64,000 nt of DNA from an uncultured Eubacteriales bacterium (GCA_934489945.1 CAKSSY010000001.1:12044-76043); one strand, 5' to 3'; positions 25,963-38,657 are shown, counted from the first letter of the stretch. A program made the numbers and translations. Notes: generated from the letters alone by a model not told the origin.

Positions 25963-27042
25963 ATGGAAAACAAATTCAGAAAAATCGGTGTATTGACATC
26001 CGGAGGCGATGCCCCCGGAATGAATCCCTGTATTCGCGCCATTACCCGCAAGGGAATTGAACAGGGCGTGGAAGTCGTGGGAGTTTTGGGAGGCTATAAA
26101 GGGCTTGTTGACGGTTCTCTTATGCCGTTGAACCCCAGAAGTGTTTCCAATATTATCACCCGCGGCGGAACTATGCTGTATTCCGATCGTTGCCCGGAGT
26201 TCAAGACAGAGGAAGGAATGAAGGCAGCAATTGAAACCTGTCGCAAGAATAATATTGATGCCATTGTTGCCATCGGCGGCGACGGTACGTTCCGTGGTGC
26301 CACCGACCTTACCCGCCATGGAATTCCGACGATTGGTATTCCCGGTACGATTGACAATGACATTACCGCGACCGACTACACGGTTGGTTACGATACGGCA
26401 ATGAATACGGTTTTGTCTTTGATTGACGATCTGCGCGACACTTGTGAATCTCACGGCAGATGCAACGTCGTAGAGGTTATGGGACGCGATTGCGGTTGTA
26501 TTGCCTTGAATTCGGGAATTGCCGCGGGAGCGGTCGCCATTGCCATTCCCGAGCTTCCTTTTGACGAGGAAGAAGCCATTGAAAAGATCAAAAGCGTGAA
26601 AGCCGCCGGAAAACGCGGTATGATCGTAGTTCTCAGCGAGGGCGTTTCCTTTGCCAAAGGCGAGAATTACGGCGAGAGATTGACTGCGCGGATTGATGCG
26701 GAAACGGGGGTTCAATCTCGTTTTGCCCGTTTTGCTCATATTGTTCGCGGTGGTTCTCCGTCTCTTCGTGACCGTCTTACGGCAACTGAGATGGGCGTTC
26801 TTGCCGTTGAGCTTTTGCTGAAGGGCGTGAGCAATGTGGTTATCTGCGAAATCGATGGCGAGATCAAGCCTGTGGAAATCAACTATGCGCTGATTCTTGA
26901 CCGTATGTACAAAGGCAAACTGAAGGACGGCGATTTGGATCTCTTTACTGCTTCGCAGATCGAGGAGATGCGGTTGACTTGTCAGCGTCGCTCTTTCAAT
27001 ATCAAACGTTTGTATAATCTTTCACGTGACATTTGCAAATAA
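25963..27042 (+). CDS. pfkA: ATP-dependent 6-phosphofructokinase
   Basis: IGVLTSGGDAPGMN, IGGDGTFRGA, PGTIDNDI and VMGRDCG motifs. Start chosen at MENKFRKIGVL. Confidence 0.9.
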   Translation: MENKFRKIGVLTSGGDAPGMNPCIRAITRKGIEQGVEVVGVLGGYKGLVDGSLMPLNPRSVSNIITRGGTMLYSDRCPEFKTEEGMKAAIETCRKNNIDAIVAIGGDGTFRGATDLTRHGIPTIGIPGTIDNDITATDYTVGYDTAMNTVLSLIDDLRDTCESHGRCNVVEVMGRDCGCIALNSGIAAGAVAIAIPELPFDEEEAIEKIKSVKAAGKRGMIVVLSEGVSFAKGENYGERLTARIDAETGVQSRFARFAHIVRGGSPSLRDRLTATEMGVLAVELLLKGVSNVVICEIDGEIKPVEINYALILDRMYKGKLKDGDLDLFTASQIEEMRLTCQRRSFNIKRLYNLSRDICK

Positions 27043-27058
27043 TTAAGGCACTTTTATG

Positions 27059-27096
27059 AGGGGCAGTAAAAAACATTACGTTTTTTACTGCCCCTC
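27059..27096 (+). terminator. pfkA terminator, H1/H4-type stereotyped hairpin
   Basis: GAGGGGCAGTAAAAAAcattacgTTTTTTACTGCCCCTC. Confidence 0.6.
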
Positions 27097-27200
27097 ATAA
27101 ATTACAAACGGGAGACGTTGATTTGGGGCAGAATTCCTCTGTTTTTGCCATTGAAAACAGGCGTTTTTCTTTTTGAAAGGGTAAAAACAGAAAACGAAAA

Positions 27201-27234
27201 GAGGGTGTAAAAAGTTTTGTTCTTTTACATCCTC
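27201..27234 (-). terminator. Terminator of the serine-hydrolase gene, H1/H4-type hairpin
   Basis: GAGGGTGTAAAAAG..CTTTTACATCCTC, followed by a T-rich tract on the reverse strand. Confidence 0.55.
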
Positions 27235-27273
27235 TTTTCGTTTCTATAGTCGTCGATTCCGGGAACGAACTCG

Positions 27274-28767
27274 TCAAACGCGTCTTGCCACAAATGTTCC
27301 CGTATACTCGTTTAAGAACGCCTCGGCAGCCTTGGTCATGCAGACCGCAACCTCATCGCCACGGAAGGCAAACACGGCGGTACTGTTTCCAAAATATCGA
27401 TCGATAATCTGGATACGCAAAATCAACTTTTTTTCCTCGCGCCACGCTGCGGAAACCGCACAGTTGTAGCGGAATCCGGGGGCACCCGGCATCGTGCCGA
27501 TTTCGTCGGAATATCCGTCCTGCGGGAACTTCCCGAACACATTGTGGTTCATGCCGAACGGAAGAACTTTGTCGCCCTGCTCATTGGTATAACGAAATTC
27601 TCCGGTGCCGTCGCCGTGGAACACAAACGAAAAATGAGTGATTTTTTGCGGATTCGGCTTGTCACAGACGTATTCTGCACCGTTCAATTCTGCCTCAAAC
27701 GGTGACACAGCCTCTCCCGTGATTGAACGGAGTTTGAGATTGGCACGGAAGGAATCTAGACTTGCCTTGGCTTTGGAATCTTCCGCCAAGGGATGTTCCG
27801 AAAGTTCATTCACAATTCCATCAAACAAACTGTCAATGAGAATTGCCCGTGCGGCAGCCCGTGCGGCAGGTGCGCCCTGATTGTCTGCCGTACAGGTGAA
27901 GATAAAGTCCTTGTCCGGCACGCATATGGTGAGTTGGTCGCCCATGCCGATAAAGCCAAAGCTGTTCTGCTCCAAACGCCATATCTGATACCCGTAGCCA
28001 TAAGAAAGTGCGCCGCCGTGACCATCGGTGTCATTATCGACAACACGCGAGGTGGCGGTTCGTAAATATGCCTCGTTCATCAAACGTTTGCCGTTCCACG
28101 TTCCGTAGTTCATCACGAAACGCGCAAAAGACAACATATCCCGTGGCGTACAGACCATAGCGGAGTCGCCCCACGACTCACCGGTCGGTGTTTTCAGCAT
28201 GGTTGCCGTTTGAAAGGAGCCGATCTCGTTGAAAATTTTCTTTTTCAGATAATCCAACAACGGCATCCCCGACAGACGCTCTGCAAGAACGCAGAGAACC
28301 TGGGAACCGGGGCTGTCGTACTGCCAAAGCGTTCCTGCGGGATGTGTGGTTCGGCGATGATTGAAATAAATATGACAACGGTCATGGTCGGTGTGAAGGA
28401 ACCAGTTTTCCGAATCACCGCAGGTCGTCATGGTCAACATTTGACGGATTGTTTGCTCGGCGAGATAGGGCGGAAGCTCACCGTCAATCTTGTCGGCAAA
28501 ATACGAAGCAATCTTATCGTCAAGCGACAACTTGCCATCTTCCTCAAGAAGTCCGATGGCAACGCCGACAAAGCTCTTGGTCTGTGAATACATTCTGTGA
28601 CAGAACTCCGCTGTAAAAGGAGCCCAGTAGTTCTCCGAAAATATTTTATTTCCACGCATCATCAGCACGCTGTGCAACGTGATTCCGTGACGTTCATAAA
28701 GGGCAAGCAGTTTTTCCACCTGTCGGCTCGAGATACCTGCTGCCTCAGGGGTAATTGTTTCAAACAT
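27274..28767 (-). CDS. Serine hydrolase, beta-lactamase/transpeptidase-like (class C related)
   Basis: SxxK motif YSQTKSFVG near the N-terminus. 497 aa with an extra C-terminal domain. No signal peptide. Confidence 0.8.
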   Translation of the reverse strand: MFETITPEAAGISSRQVEKLLALYERHGITLHSVLMMRGNKIFSENYWAPFTAEFCHRMYSQTKSFVGVAIGLLEEDGKLSLDDKIASYFADKIDGELPPYLAEQTIRQMLTMTTCGDSENWFLHTDHDRCHIYFNHRRTTHPAGTLWQYDSPGSQVLCVLAERLSGMPLLDYLKKKIFNEIGSFQTATMLKTPTGESWGDSAMVCTPRDMLSFARFVMNYGTWNGKRLMNEAYLRTATSRVVDNDTDGHGGALSYGYGYQIWRLEQNSFGFIGMGDQLTICVPDKDFIFTCTADNQGAPAARAAARAILIDSLFDGIVNELSEHPLAEDSKAKASLDSFRANLKLRSITGEAVSPFEAELNGAEYVCDKPNPQKITHFSFVFHGDGTGEFRYTNEQGDKVLPFGMNHNVFGKFPQDGYSDEIGTMPGAPGFRYNCAVSAAWREEKKLILRIQIIDRYFGNSTAVFAFRGDEVAVCMTKAAEAFLNEYTGTFVARRV

Positions 28768-28822
28768 CTGTCAACCTCCGGTTATGTTAATGATTTTATT
28801 ATAATATTTTTTGAATGTTTTG

Positions 28823-29641
28823 TCAAGCAAAAGGCGGAATGTCTGCCTCTGCGTTTCGATACTCTCCCGGTGTTTTTCCCGTACTTTTACGAAAAACATA
28901 AGTAAAATAGCCGGGACTGTCAAAGCCCACGGTTTTCGCGACCGCACTGATCGGAAGTGCCATGTTTTCAAGCAGCATGGATTTTGCGGTTTCCACCCGC
29001 AGATAGTTTACATATTCGATTGGTCTCATGTGCGTGTACTCCCGGAACAGACGACAGAGGTGTCCCTCAGAAACCCCCGCTACCGCGGCAAGGGAAGAGA
29101 GTTCCACCGTTTCCCGATAATGCTCGGAAATATATTGCACCGCCGCTGCGGTGCCGTTTTTCTCAATCCCCCCGCCGGTATCGGGATTGGCACCGGGTGC
29201 CTCGCGAAACGACAGCAACAGCTCATAGAGCAGGGCACTGGTCCGTCGCCTCCAGTTTTTTTCACGATTCATTGCACAGATCCGACGGTGCAGAGCCGGA
29301 AAATACGTCCCGTCCCGCACATCCGCTTCAAACGGAAAGCAAGCACGTGCCATCGCTCCGCTGTAGGTGATCCAATAAGTTTCCCATTCGTCTCCGTCGG
29401 CACGGTACTCGTGCGGTGCAAACGGCGGTAAAAGAAACACCTGTCCCATACAGACACGTACTTCACCGTCACGCAGATGAACCAGTCCCGAGCCGGACGC
29501 GGTATAAATGAGTTGATAGTCCGGGATGCCGGCGGGACGGTGAATGGCTCCCTGATGTGCCGCGCCGCCGATTGTTGCGGTGTATAAAGGCAGTCGCTGT
29601 TCTTCAGCAGTTGCATCATTCCAATACGGTGCGATTTTCAT
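28823..29641 (-). CDS. AraC family transcriptional regulator (cupin N-domain plus HTH)
   Basis: MKIAPYWND start follows AGGAGAA. C-terminal HTH LSSLAAVAGVSEGHLCRLFRE..AKTVGFDSPGYFTYVFRK. Start placed using the ORF-track frame; the listed ORF is over-extended to 29893. Confidence 0.85.
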   Translation of the reverse strand: MKIAPYWNDATAEEQRLPLYTATIGGAAHQGAIHRPAGIPDYQLIYTASGSGLVHLRDGEVRVCMGQVFLLPPFAPHEYRADGDEWETYWITYSGAMARACFPFEADVRDGTYFPALHRRICAMNREKNWRRRTSALLYELLLSFREAPGANPDTGGGIEKNGTAAAVQYISEHYRETVELSSLAAVAGVSEGHLCRLFREYTHMRPIEYVNYLRVETAKSMLLENMALPISAVAKTVGFDSPGYFTYVFRKSTGKTPGEYRNAEADIPPFA

Positions 29642-29768
29642 AGTGCTTTCTCCTGTCAAAAAATTATCATGATATCGTAATATTTCGATAGTAAAAAACA
29701 AAAAAATTATGATACAATGAGTATAACAAATCCATGATGTTTTGTCAATATTCGGAAAGGAAACGATT

Positions 29769-30455
29769 ATGAATTTTGAAGAAAAGCAGTTTCGTTCACT
29801 CCAATATCTTTTTCTCCCGCCGAAAGATTTCGACAAAAGCAAAAAGTATCCTGCCCTTATTTTTCTGCATGGTATCGGTGCACGCGGAGACATGGGAAAA
29901 CTCAGAAGTCATCCCTTTTTTACGGAGTCTGTCGTAGACTCGCCTGATTTCCCGATGGTTGTTTTTGCCCCGTTGGATCCTCCGGGAATTGTGTGGTTTG
30001 ATGTTTTTGAAACCCTTTGTGCGTTTACCGACGAAGTGTGTGCCACCGACTTTGTCGATTCGTCCCGTGTCTACCTGATGGGTGCCAGCATGGGCGGTTA
30101 TGGCACATGGATGCTGGGAATGAGTCGTCATGAAAAAATTGCTGCTATCGTTCCGATCTGTGGCGGCGGCACCTATTGGGATGTCGGAAGGCTGAAAGAT
30201 GTGCCGGTTTGGGCATTCCACGGGGCATTGGATCAGTCTGTCAGTCCCGATGAAAGCCGCCGGATGGTAGATGCCGTCAATCGCCGCGGCGGAAATGCCA
30301 AACTCACGATTTATCCGGAGCGTGACCACAATGCGTGGAGCGATACCTTTCGCAATCCCGAGGTTTTTAAGTGGCTTCTTTCGCATCGGAAAATCCAAAA
30401 AGACGTTGAGAATACAGAATCGGAACCGAACTTGGATCCCGCTCATTTCGGTTAA
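29769..30455 (+). CDS. Alpha/beta hydrolase (carboxylesterase/CE1-like)
   Basis: YPALIFLHGIGARG, nucleophile elbow GASMGG, and late D and H (ERDHNAW). Divergent from the AraC gene and upstream of GH2. Confidence 0.7.
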   Translation: MNFEEKQFRSLQYLFLPPKDFDKSKKYPALIFLHGIGARGDMGKLRSHPFFTESVVDSPDFPMVVFAPLDPPGIVWFDVFETLCAFTDEVCATDFVDSSRVYLMGASMGGYGTWMLGMSRHEKIAAIVPICGGGTYWDVGRLKDVPVWAFHGALDQSVSPDESRRMVDAVNRRGGNAKLTIYPERDHNAWSDTFRNPEVFKWLLSHRKIQKDVENTESEPNLDPAHFG

Positions 30456-33419
<2,964 letters not shown>

Positions 33420-33453
33420 AAGCCGTAAAGGGGAAAAACAATATAATCACGTC

Positions 33454-33522
33454 AGAATGCCCGGAATCCCAACCGGCATTTTGGAGGGGCTGTTAAAAAC
33501 TCAATGTTTTTAACAGCCCCTC
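33454..33522 (-). repeat. Partial copy (H2+H1 end only) of the four-hairpin repeat
   Basis: AGAATGCCCGGAATCCCAACCGGCATTTTGGAGGGGCTGTTAAAAACTCAATGTTTTTAACAGCCCCTC. Lies between the GH2 stop and the convergent ttcA-like stop. Confidence 0.75.
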
Positions 33523-33527
33523 GGATT

Positions 33528-34304
33528 TTATTCGGACTCGTCCGGTGCTTCGGTATAATGTTTGATTCCCTGCATTCCGGAAACTTCCCGGAATCCGTCG
33601 ATTTCTCCACGTTGAATGGCACCGAAGATGCGATAACGAAGCCCTTTGTTGTCACGTTCCAACGTGGAAAGAAGCGTTTTCATTTTTGCACGTTCGGTAT
33701 TGCCGTCAGCCGGGCAGGGAGATTTTATGACGGGAAGTCCCGCTTTTCCGGCAAAGTAACGCACGTCTTTTTCGGGAAGGTAGATAAAGGGACGAATCAG
33801 CGTGATTTCGGCACGGGAAAGATACGTGACAGGGCTGAAACATCCAAGCCGCCCTTCAAAAAAGAGATTCAGCATAAAGGTGTCAACCACGTCATCAAAA
33901 TGGTGTCCGAGTGCGACCGAGGTGCATCCGAGTTCTTTTGCCGCTCTGTGCAAGGCACCACGGCGCATTTTTGAGCACAGTGAACAGGGATTGGATTCCT
34001 TTCGCACTTCAAAGATGATGCGGTAGATTTCGGTGGGGATGATATGATAGGGTACATCCAGCGATTCGCAAAGGGAACGGACTTTCGAAAAATCCATTTC
34101 TCCGGGAAATCCCATATCAATGGTAATGGCGATCAGTTCAAATTTGTGTTGGTAAAAACGTCGCAACTCGGCAAGGGCACAAAGAAGAGCAAGAGAGTCC
34201 TTGCCGCCGGAAATACCGACCGCAATTTTATCGCCGTCGTGAATCATATCATAATCGGTGAGGGCACGTCTTGTATAACTTAAAATACGTTTGATGGATT
34301 CCAT
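33528..34304 (-). CDS. ttcA: PP-loop ATPase, tRNA 2-thiocytidine synthase TtcA-like
   Basis: GISGGKDSLALL PP-loop, CSLCSKMRRG, and late CPADG Cys motif. Start MESIKRIL at 34304. Confidence 0.75.
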   Translation of the reverse strand: MESIKRILSYTRRALTDYDMIHDGDKIAVGISGGKDSLALLCALAELRRFYQHKFELIAITIDMGFPGEMDFSKVRSLCESLDVPYHIIPTEIYRIIFEVRKESNPCSLCSKMRRGALHRAAKELGCTSVALGHHFDDVVDTFMLNLFFEGRLGCFSPVTYLSRAEITLIRPFIYLPEKDVRYFAGKAGLPVIKSPCPADGNTERAKMKTLLSTLERDNKGLRYRIFGAIQRGEIDGFREVSGMQGIKHYTEAPDESE

Positions 34305-34320
34305 AATACCTTCGTGTTTT

Positions 34321-35082
34321 TTAAAATTCGCCGAACGAACAGGTTTCGTAAATTCTTTCGGCATCGGGAGTCATGTTTCCGTCGGCTGTGCGGAGAAACA
34401 GGGGTTTGGTGAGTGTGAGTGAACCGCGGGCTCCTTTTTTGGCTTCCACCAGCACCATGGACGGGGAGGAAGCAGTATTTGCATGGACGAACGTCATTTT
34501 CTTCGGTTCAAGAGTGGCAAGGCGCATGGCAGAAAGCAAATCTACCAAGCGATCCGGGCGGTAAACGCAAAAAAACTTTCCGCCATACTTCAAAAGTCCG
34601 GATGCGGCATGACAAAAATCGCCGATATTGCCGCAGACCTCATGACGGGCGATGAATTTCTGCCCGTGTACATTTGGCTTTCCGCTGTCGACCTTCATAT
34701 AGGGGGGATTGGATAGAACCATATCGGCAGATTCGCAGGCGAGGAGATTCTTTGGCAGTTCACGCAGGTCACAATTCAGAACTGTGATTTTGTCCGAAAC
34801 CCCATTCAGGGCGGCGTTCCGGGTGATGAGATCGCAAAAAGCGGTCTGAACTTCAACCGCCACTGCGGTCTTCACTTTTTGACGTGTCAAAAGGAGGAGC
34901 GGAAGAATACCTGTGCCGCTTCCGAGGTCGATGGCAAGTGCCGACGGCATACGGGGAACAAAGGCAGCGAGCAAATAAGCATCCGTTCCGAAAGACAGTC
35001 CGTTTTTTTTGCTGATTAAGCGAATTTTTTCGTTGACTGTTTCAATTTTTTCCTCTTCCGAGATTGCGGGCAAAGCAAGCAT
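34321..35082 (-). CDS. tRNA (adenine-N6)-methyltransferase-like SAM MTase (TrmN6/YfiC type)
   Basis: DLGSGTGILPLLL SAM motif I and catalytic LSNPPYMK (NPPY). Confidence 0.75.
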   Translation of the reverse strand: MLALPAISEEEKIETVNEKIRLISKKNGLSFGTDAYLLAAFVPRMPSALAIDLGSGTGILPLLLLTRQKVKTAVAVEVQTAFCDLITRNAALNGVSDKITVLNCDLRELPKNLLACESADMVLSNPPYMKVDSGKPNVHGQKFIARHEVCGNIGDFCHAASGLLKYGGKFFCVYRPDRLVDLLSAMRLATLEPKKMTFVHANTASSPSMVLVEAKKGARGSLTLTKPLFLRTADGNMTPDAERIYETCSFGEF

Positions 35083-35102
35083 AGAGGTTCCTTTCCGTGA
35101 AA

Positions 35103-35134
35103 AAAGCCGAAGCTACAGAATCGCTTCGGCTTTT
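35103..35134 (-). terminator. Ferredoxin gene terminator
   Basis: AAGCCGAAGC..GCTTCGGCTT hairpin followed by Ts on the reverse strand. Confidence 0.6.
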
Positions 35135-35146
35135 ATGTAGCTGAGA

Positions 35147-35320
35147 TTACTTGTCAGCCTTAGGTGCGCCGACGGGGCAGGTGTCCGCACAAGAACCGCA
35201 ATCAACGCACTTCTTAGGGTCGATTTCGTACTTGCCGTCGCCCTCGGAAATTGCTTCAACAGGGCATTCGGATGCACAAGCACCGCAAGACACGCAATCA
35301 TCAGAAATCTTATAAGCCAT
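35147..35320 (-). CDS. 2x[4Fe-4S] clostridial-type ferredoxin (57 aa)
   Basis: Below the ORF-track size cut-off. Manual translation gives MAYKISDDCVSCGACASECPVEAISEGDGKYEIDPKKCVDCGSCADTCPVGAPKADK. GGAGGT RBS and an extended -10 TGaTATAAT upstream. The listed ORF 35113..35301 is in the wrong frame. Confidence 0.85.
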   Translation of the reverse strand: MAYKISDDCVSCGACASECPVEAISEGDGKYEIDPKKCVDCGSCADTCPVGAPKADK

Positions 35321-35417
35321 TTTTTAATACCTCCGATAGTTTTGATACCACATTATATCATATTTTTTCGCGTTTGCATAGACCTTTTGAAAAATTTTTA
35401 CAGGAATCCGAGGAATT

Positions 35418-36578
35418 TTATTCTTGCGGCATTTCCAGGTCTCCGTTTTCCGCGTCGTTTTCTTCTTTTTCGGCATCGTTATTCCGTTTTCCGGGGCGAC
35501 TGATGACCTTGACATTGTCGCGGTGGTAGGACTTCGGGAGAGGCGGATCCGCATCTTTCAGGCGGACTTTAATTATGCCGGAAATCGGAGAAATTTCGCA
35601 GACTGTGCCCACGCCGTCCGGGGTACTGACGATAGAGTCTACGGGAGGCGTCAGTTTTGTTTCTTCCGCGTAAGCCTGACATTCATAACGCAGGCAACAC
35701 ATCAGTCGTCCGCAGTTTCCGGAAATTTTAGAAGAATTAAGCGACAGATTCTGTTCCTTTGCCATTTTGATCGAGACCTGACCGAAACCGGACAGGAAAC
35801 TGGCACAGCAGAGCGGTCTGCCGCATATACCGAGCCCACCAATCAGCTTTGCTTCATCACGGATTCCGATTTGGCGCAATTCAATGCGGGTGCGGAATAC
35901 CGACGCGAGATCTTTTACAAGTTCCCGGAAGTCGACCCTGCCCGCTGAGGTGAAGTAGAAGAGCAGTTTGGAGTTGTCGAAAGTGTATTGTACATCTACG
36001 AGCTTCATGTCCAAACCGTGGGCGAGGATTTTTTCGTTCCCGATTTTGAATGCTTCTTTTTCCTTTTGGTGATTTTCCTCGTTATGAGCGACATCCGCAG
36101 GGGTGGCGATTCGGACGACAGGACGAAGCGGCGGCACGATTTCTTCATTCGGAACGTAGCGGTTGGACAGCCACACCTCCCCAAATTCCAAGCCGCGCGC
36201 GGTTTCGACAATGGCGAAGTCCCCGCGGTTTGCCCGATAATTTCCGGCACTGAAATAGTAAACCTTACCTGCTTTTTTGAAGCGTACTCCGAGCACCTCG
36301 GTCGCATTTTCGGAAGGTGTGAGTTGAATTTCCGATTGTTTGATGCCGAACAGAATGCTGTCGTCATCAAAGTCATAATCGGCAGGCAGTTCTACGGGAT
36401 CTTCCTGGGGCTCGGCGGGAGCAGAAGGCGGTGTCGGAGCCTTTTTTTCTGTCGTTTGGAGCGGTTTCTTTTCATTTTCTGCCGTGTTGGGCATTCCCTC
36501 ACGGCGGTTCTTTTTATTGCGATTATGATAACGGTGAGGTCGGTGTCTGGTATTGTTTTTTTGTTTTTCTTCGTTCAT
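35418..36578 (-). CDS. ricT: PSP1-domain protein RicT/YaaT with a long N-terminal extension
   Basis: VLGVRFKKAGKVYYF, FRELVKDLASVFRTRIELRQIG and the Cys motifs CGRPLCC and CGRLMCCLRYE. Synteny with holB. Confidence 0.85.
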   Translation of the reverse strand: MNEEKQKNNTRHRPHRYHNRNKKNRREGMPNTAENEKKPLQTTEKKAPTPPSAPAEPQEDPVELPADYDFDDDSILFGIKQSEIQLTPSENATEVLGVRFKKAGKVYYFSAGNYRANRGDFAIVETARGLEFGEVWLSNRYVPNEEIVPPLRPVVRIATPADVAHNEENHQKEKEAFKIGNEKILAHGLDMKLVDVQYTFDNSKLLFYFTSAGRVDFRELVKDLASVFRTRIELRQIGIRDEAKLIGGLGICGRPLCCASFLSGFGQVSIKMAKEQNLSLNSSKISGNCGRLMCCLRYECQAYAEETKLTPPVDSIVSTPDGVGTVCEISPISGIIKVRLKDADPPLPKSYHRDNVKVISRPGKRNNDAEKEENDAENGDLEMPQE

Positions 36579-36602
36579 ATTGGCAACCTTTCTCCGACAC
36601 GG

Positions 36603-37619
36603 TTATATGTCGGAAATCATTGTGACGAGAGACAGACGGATATTGGCGTTCCGTGAAATGCCGTCTACGGTTTTCGTCACAGTATCCGAGAGACGGAACA
36701 ACGCGGCGGTGCTGCTTGCATAGGCAAGTTGTGCGGCACTTTCGCGATCGGTATAAAAAACAAGAGGAGAATCTTCCGAGCTTTTCAGGACAATCAGATC
36801 ACGCAGAGCATTTTGGACGCATCCGAGAATCGGCAACAACTCATCCTGTTTTTGCGGCAGGGCAAGAATCCATTCGACGAGCGTGACAAAATTCCGTTCG
36901 AGTGCCGCGCCTACAAAGTCGGCTGCCGTTGTACGCTGTTTGAGAAGTGGGGCACGTTCCTTATCGTCGCAAAGTTCAAGGGCACGTCCGATTGAGCCGG
37001 CAGCGATTGTAAGGATTTCTTCAAATTCCTGCGGTTTTGTTCGTGAGAGCATGGCAGCCGTTTTGTTATTGGAAACGAGATATTCACGGACAAGACGGTC
37101 CGGCAACAATTCGGTGCGTAATATTGGTGCACGGCTTCGCACGGTCTCAAGCAGTTTCTCGGGCTTGGTACACAACAGGAAAAAATGGACATAAGACGGC
37201 GGCTCTTCAAGTGTCAGCAGAAAGGCGTTCTGCGCGGCTGTTGTCATGGTGTCGGCATCCTCAAGAATGTAAATTTTATCATCAAGATCATTCGGCAGAG
37301 TGACAACATCGTTTTTCAGATTGCGGATTTGCTCAATCTTGACGGACTGTCCTGTTTTTCCGATGACGATGACATCGGGCGATTTTCCCTCCAGAATTTT
37401 ACGGCAGGACGGACAGTGGAGGCAGGGAAGAGGTTCGGAAGACTTGTCCCGGTTCTCACACGCGAGTGCGGCGGCGAAGTTCAGGGCAAGGGTATGTCTG
37501 CCGCTTCCGTGAGGTCCCGCAAGAATATAGGCATGAGCCTCGGTGTTTTTCAGAATATCATCACAGAGGCGGCGACGCAGTTCGGAATTTCCCACGATAT
37601 AAGGCATGGACTCTTTCAT
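36603..37619 (-). CDS. holB: DNA polymerase III subunit delta-prime
   Basis: HAYILAGPHGSGRHTLA, zinc module CLHCPSCRKI, and LLTLEEPP. ATG at 37619 follows GGGGGAG. Confidence 0.85.
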   Translation of the reverse strand: MKESMPYIVGNSELRRRLCDDILKNTEAHAYILAGPHGSGRHTLALNFAAALACENRDKSSEPLPCLHCPSCRKILEGKSPDVIVIGKTGQSVKIEQIRNLKNDVVTLPNDLDDKIYILEDADTMTTAAQNAFLLTLEEPPSYVHFFLLCTKPEKLLETVRSRAPILRTELLPDRLVREYLVSNNKTAAMLSRTKPQEFEEILTIAAGSIGRALELCDDKERAPLLKQRTTAADFVGAALERNFVTLVEWILALPQKQDELLPILGCVQNALRDLIVLKSSEDSPLVFYTDRESAAQLAYASSTAALFRLSDTVTKTVDGISRNANIRLSLVTMISDI

Positions 37620-37711
37620 GCGTTCTCCCCCTTCCGGCAATCTTGATACAAAGACATTATAACAGGTTTTCTTTCGACTGTCAAGTTCCGCACACGAAAA
37701 ACGGGCTTTGG

Positions 37712-38587
37712 TTACAGGACTTCCTTATAGATTACGTTCTTGGCAACTCCACGGTCGCGTGCCACTGCTTTTATGGCATCCATTTTGCTCATGCCGGTAG
37801 CAAGATAGCTCTCTAAATGTTCGGCAACGCTCATGTTTTCCCATTCCGCGCCCTTGTCCGATTCGGAATTTCCCTCCACCACGAGAACATATTCGCCGCG
37901 CGGCTCATTTGTTTCATAGTATGAAATGGCACCGCCCACGGTTGTTCGCATGATTTCTTCGTTGCGTTTTGTCATTTCGCGACAAAGGGAGAGACGGCGG
38001 TCGTTTCCGAATGTCCGAGAAAGATCGAGAAGTGTGGTTTTCAGTTTGTGCGGAGCTTCATGAAAGATCATGGTGCGTGTTTCTTTTTCCAAGGAAGCGA
38101 GATGTTTTTGCCGGTCGGCTTTGTTGGCAGACAGGAACCCTTCAAAGCAAAAACGACCCGTGGGAAGTCCCGACACGGTAAGTGCCACGATGGCGGCACA
38201 CGGACCGGGAATCGGGCAGACGGGAAGTCCCTCGGCGGCACAAAGTGCCACAATGTCCTCTCCCGGGTCGGAGATGGCGGGAGTTCCGGCATCTGTGATG
38301 AGAGCACAGGACTCGCCGGCGGCGATACGTGCCGTAATCTGCGCGCCGCGTTCCTTTTTATTGTGTTCAAAATAAGAAATCATCGGTTTGGATATGCCGA
38401 GAAAGGTCAAAAGGCGCAGGGAATTGCGTGTATCTTCCGCAGCGATAAAGTCCACGCCGGAAAGAACCTTGACGGCACGTTCCGACAGGTCAGCCAGATT
38501 GCCGATCGGTGTGGCAACGAGATACAAAGTGCCTTTTTCGACCTTGTTTTTTTCTTCGGAGAAATTTTCATCCTTGATACGGTTCAT
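37712..38587 (-). CDS. rsmI: 16S rRNA (cytidine1402-2'-O)-methyltransferase
   Basis: GTLYLVATPIGNLADLS, ALITDAGTPAISDPG and MIFHEAPHKL motifs. Start MNRIKDE at 38587. Confidence 0.9.
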   Translation of the reverse strand: MNRIKDENFSEEKNKVEKGTLYLVATPIGNLADLSERAVKVLSGVDFIAAEDTRNSLRLLTFLGISKPMISYFEHNKKERGAQITARIAAGESCALITDAGTPAISDPGEDIVALCAAEGLPVCPIPGPCAAIVALTVSGLPTGRFCFEGFLSANKADRQKHLASLEKETRTMIFHEAPHKLKTTLLDLSRTFGNDRRLSLCREMTKRNEEIMRTTVGGAISYYETNEPRGEYVLVVEGNSESDKGAEWENMSVAEHLESYLATGMSKMDAIKAVARDRGVAKNVIYKEVL

Positions 38588-38657
38588 AAAAGAGTCCTTT
38601 CCGGCACGGATTGGCTTTCCTTTGCATAGAATAGAAAAAAACAGAAGGGAGCAATCC

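Noticed and set aside
29642-29893. Apparent 1-nt disagreement between my reading of the A runs near 29694-29706 and the ORF-track frame, considered as a possible frameshift
   Set aside because: It is most likely my miscount of a homopolymer. It lies in the spurious 5' extension upstream of the real AraC start (MKIAPYW, with RBS), so it has no annotation consequence.
35113-35301. 62-aa reverse-strand ORF listed in the track
   Set aside because: It is in the wrong frame. The overlapping 57-aa frame (35147..35320) encodes a textbook 2x[4Fe-4S] ferredoxin with an RBS.
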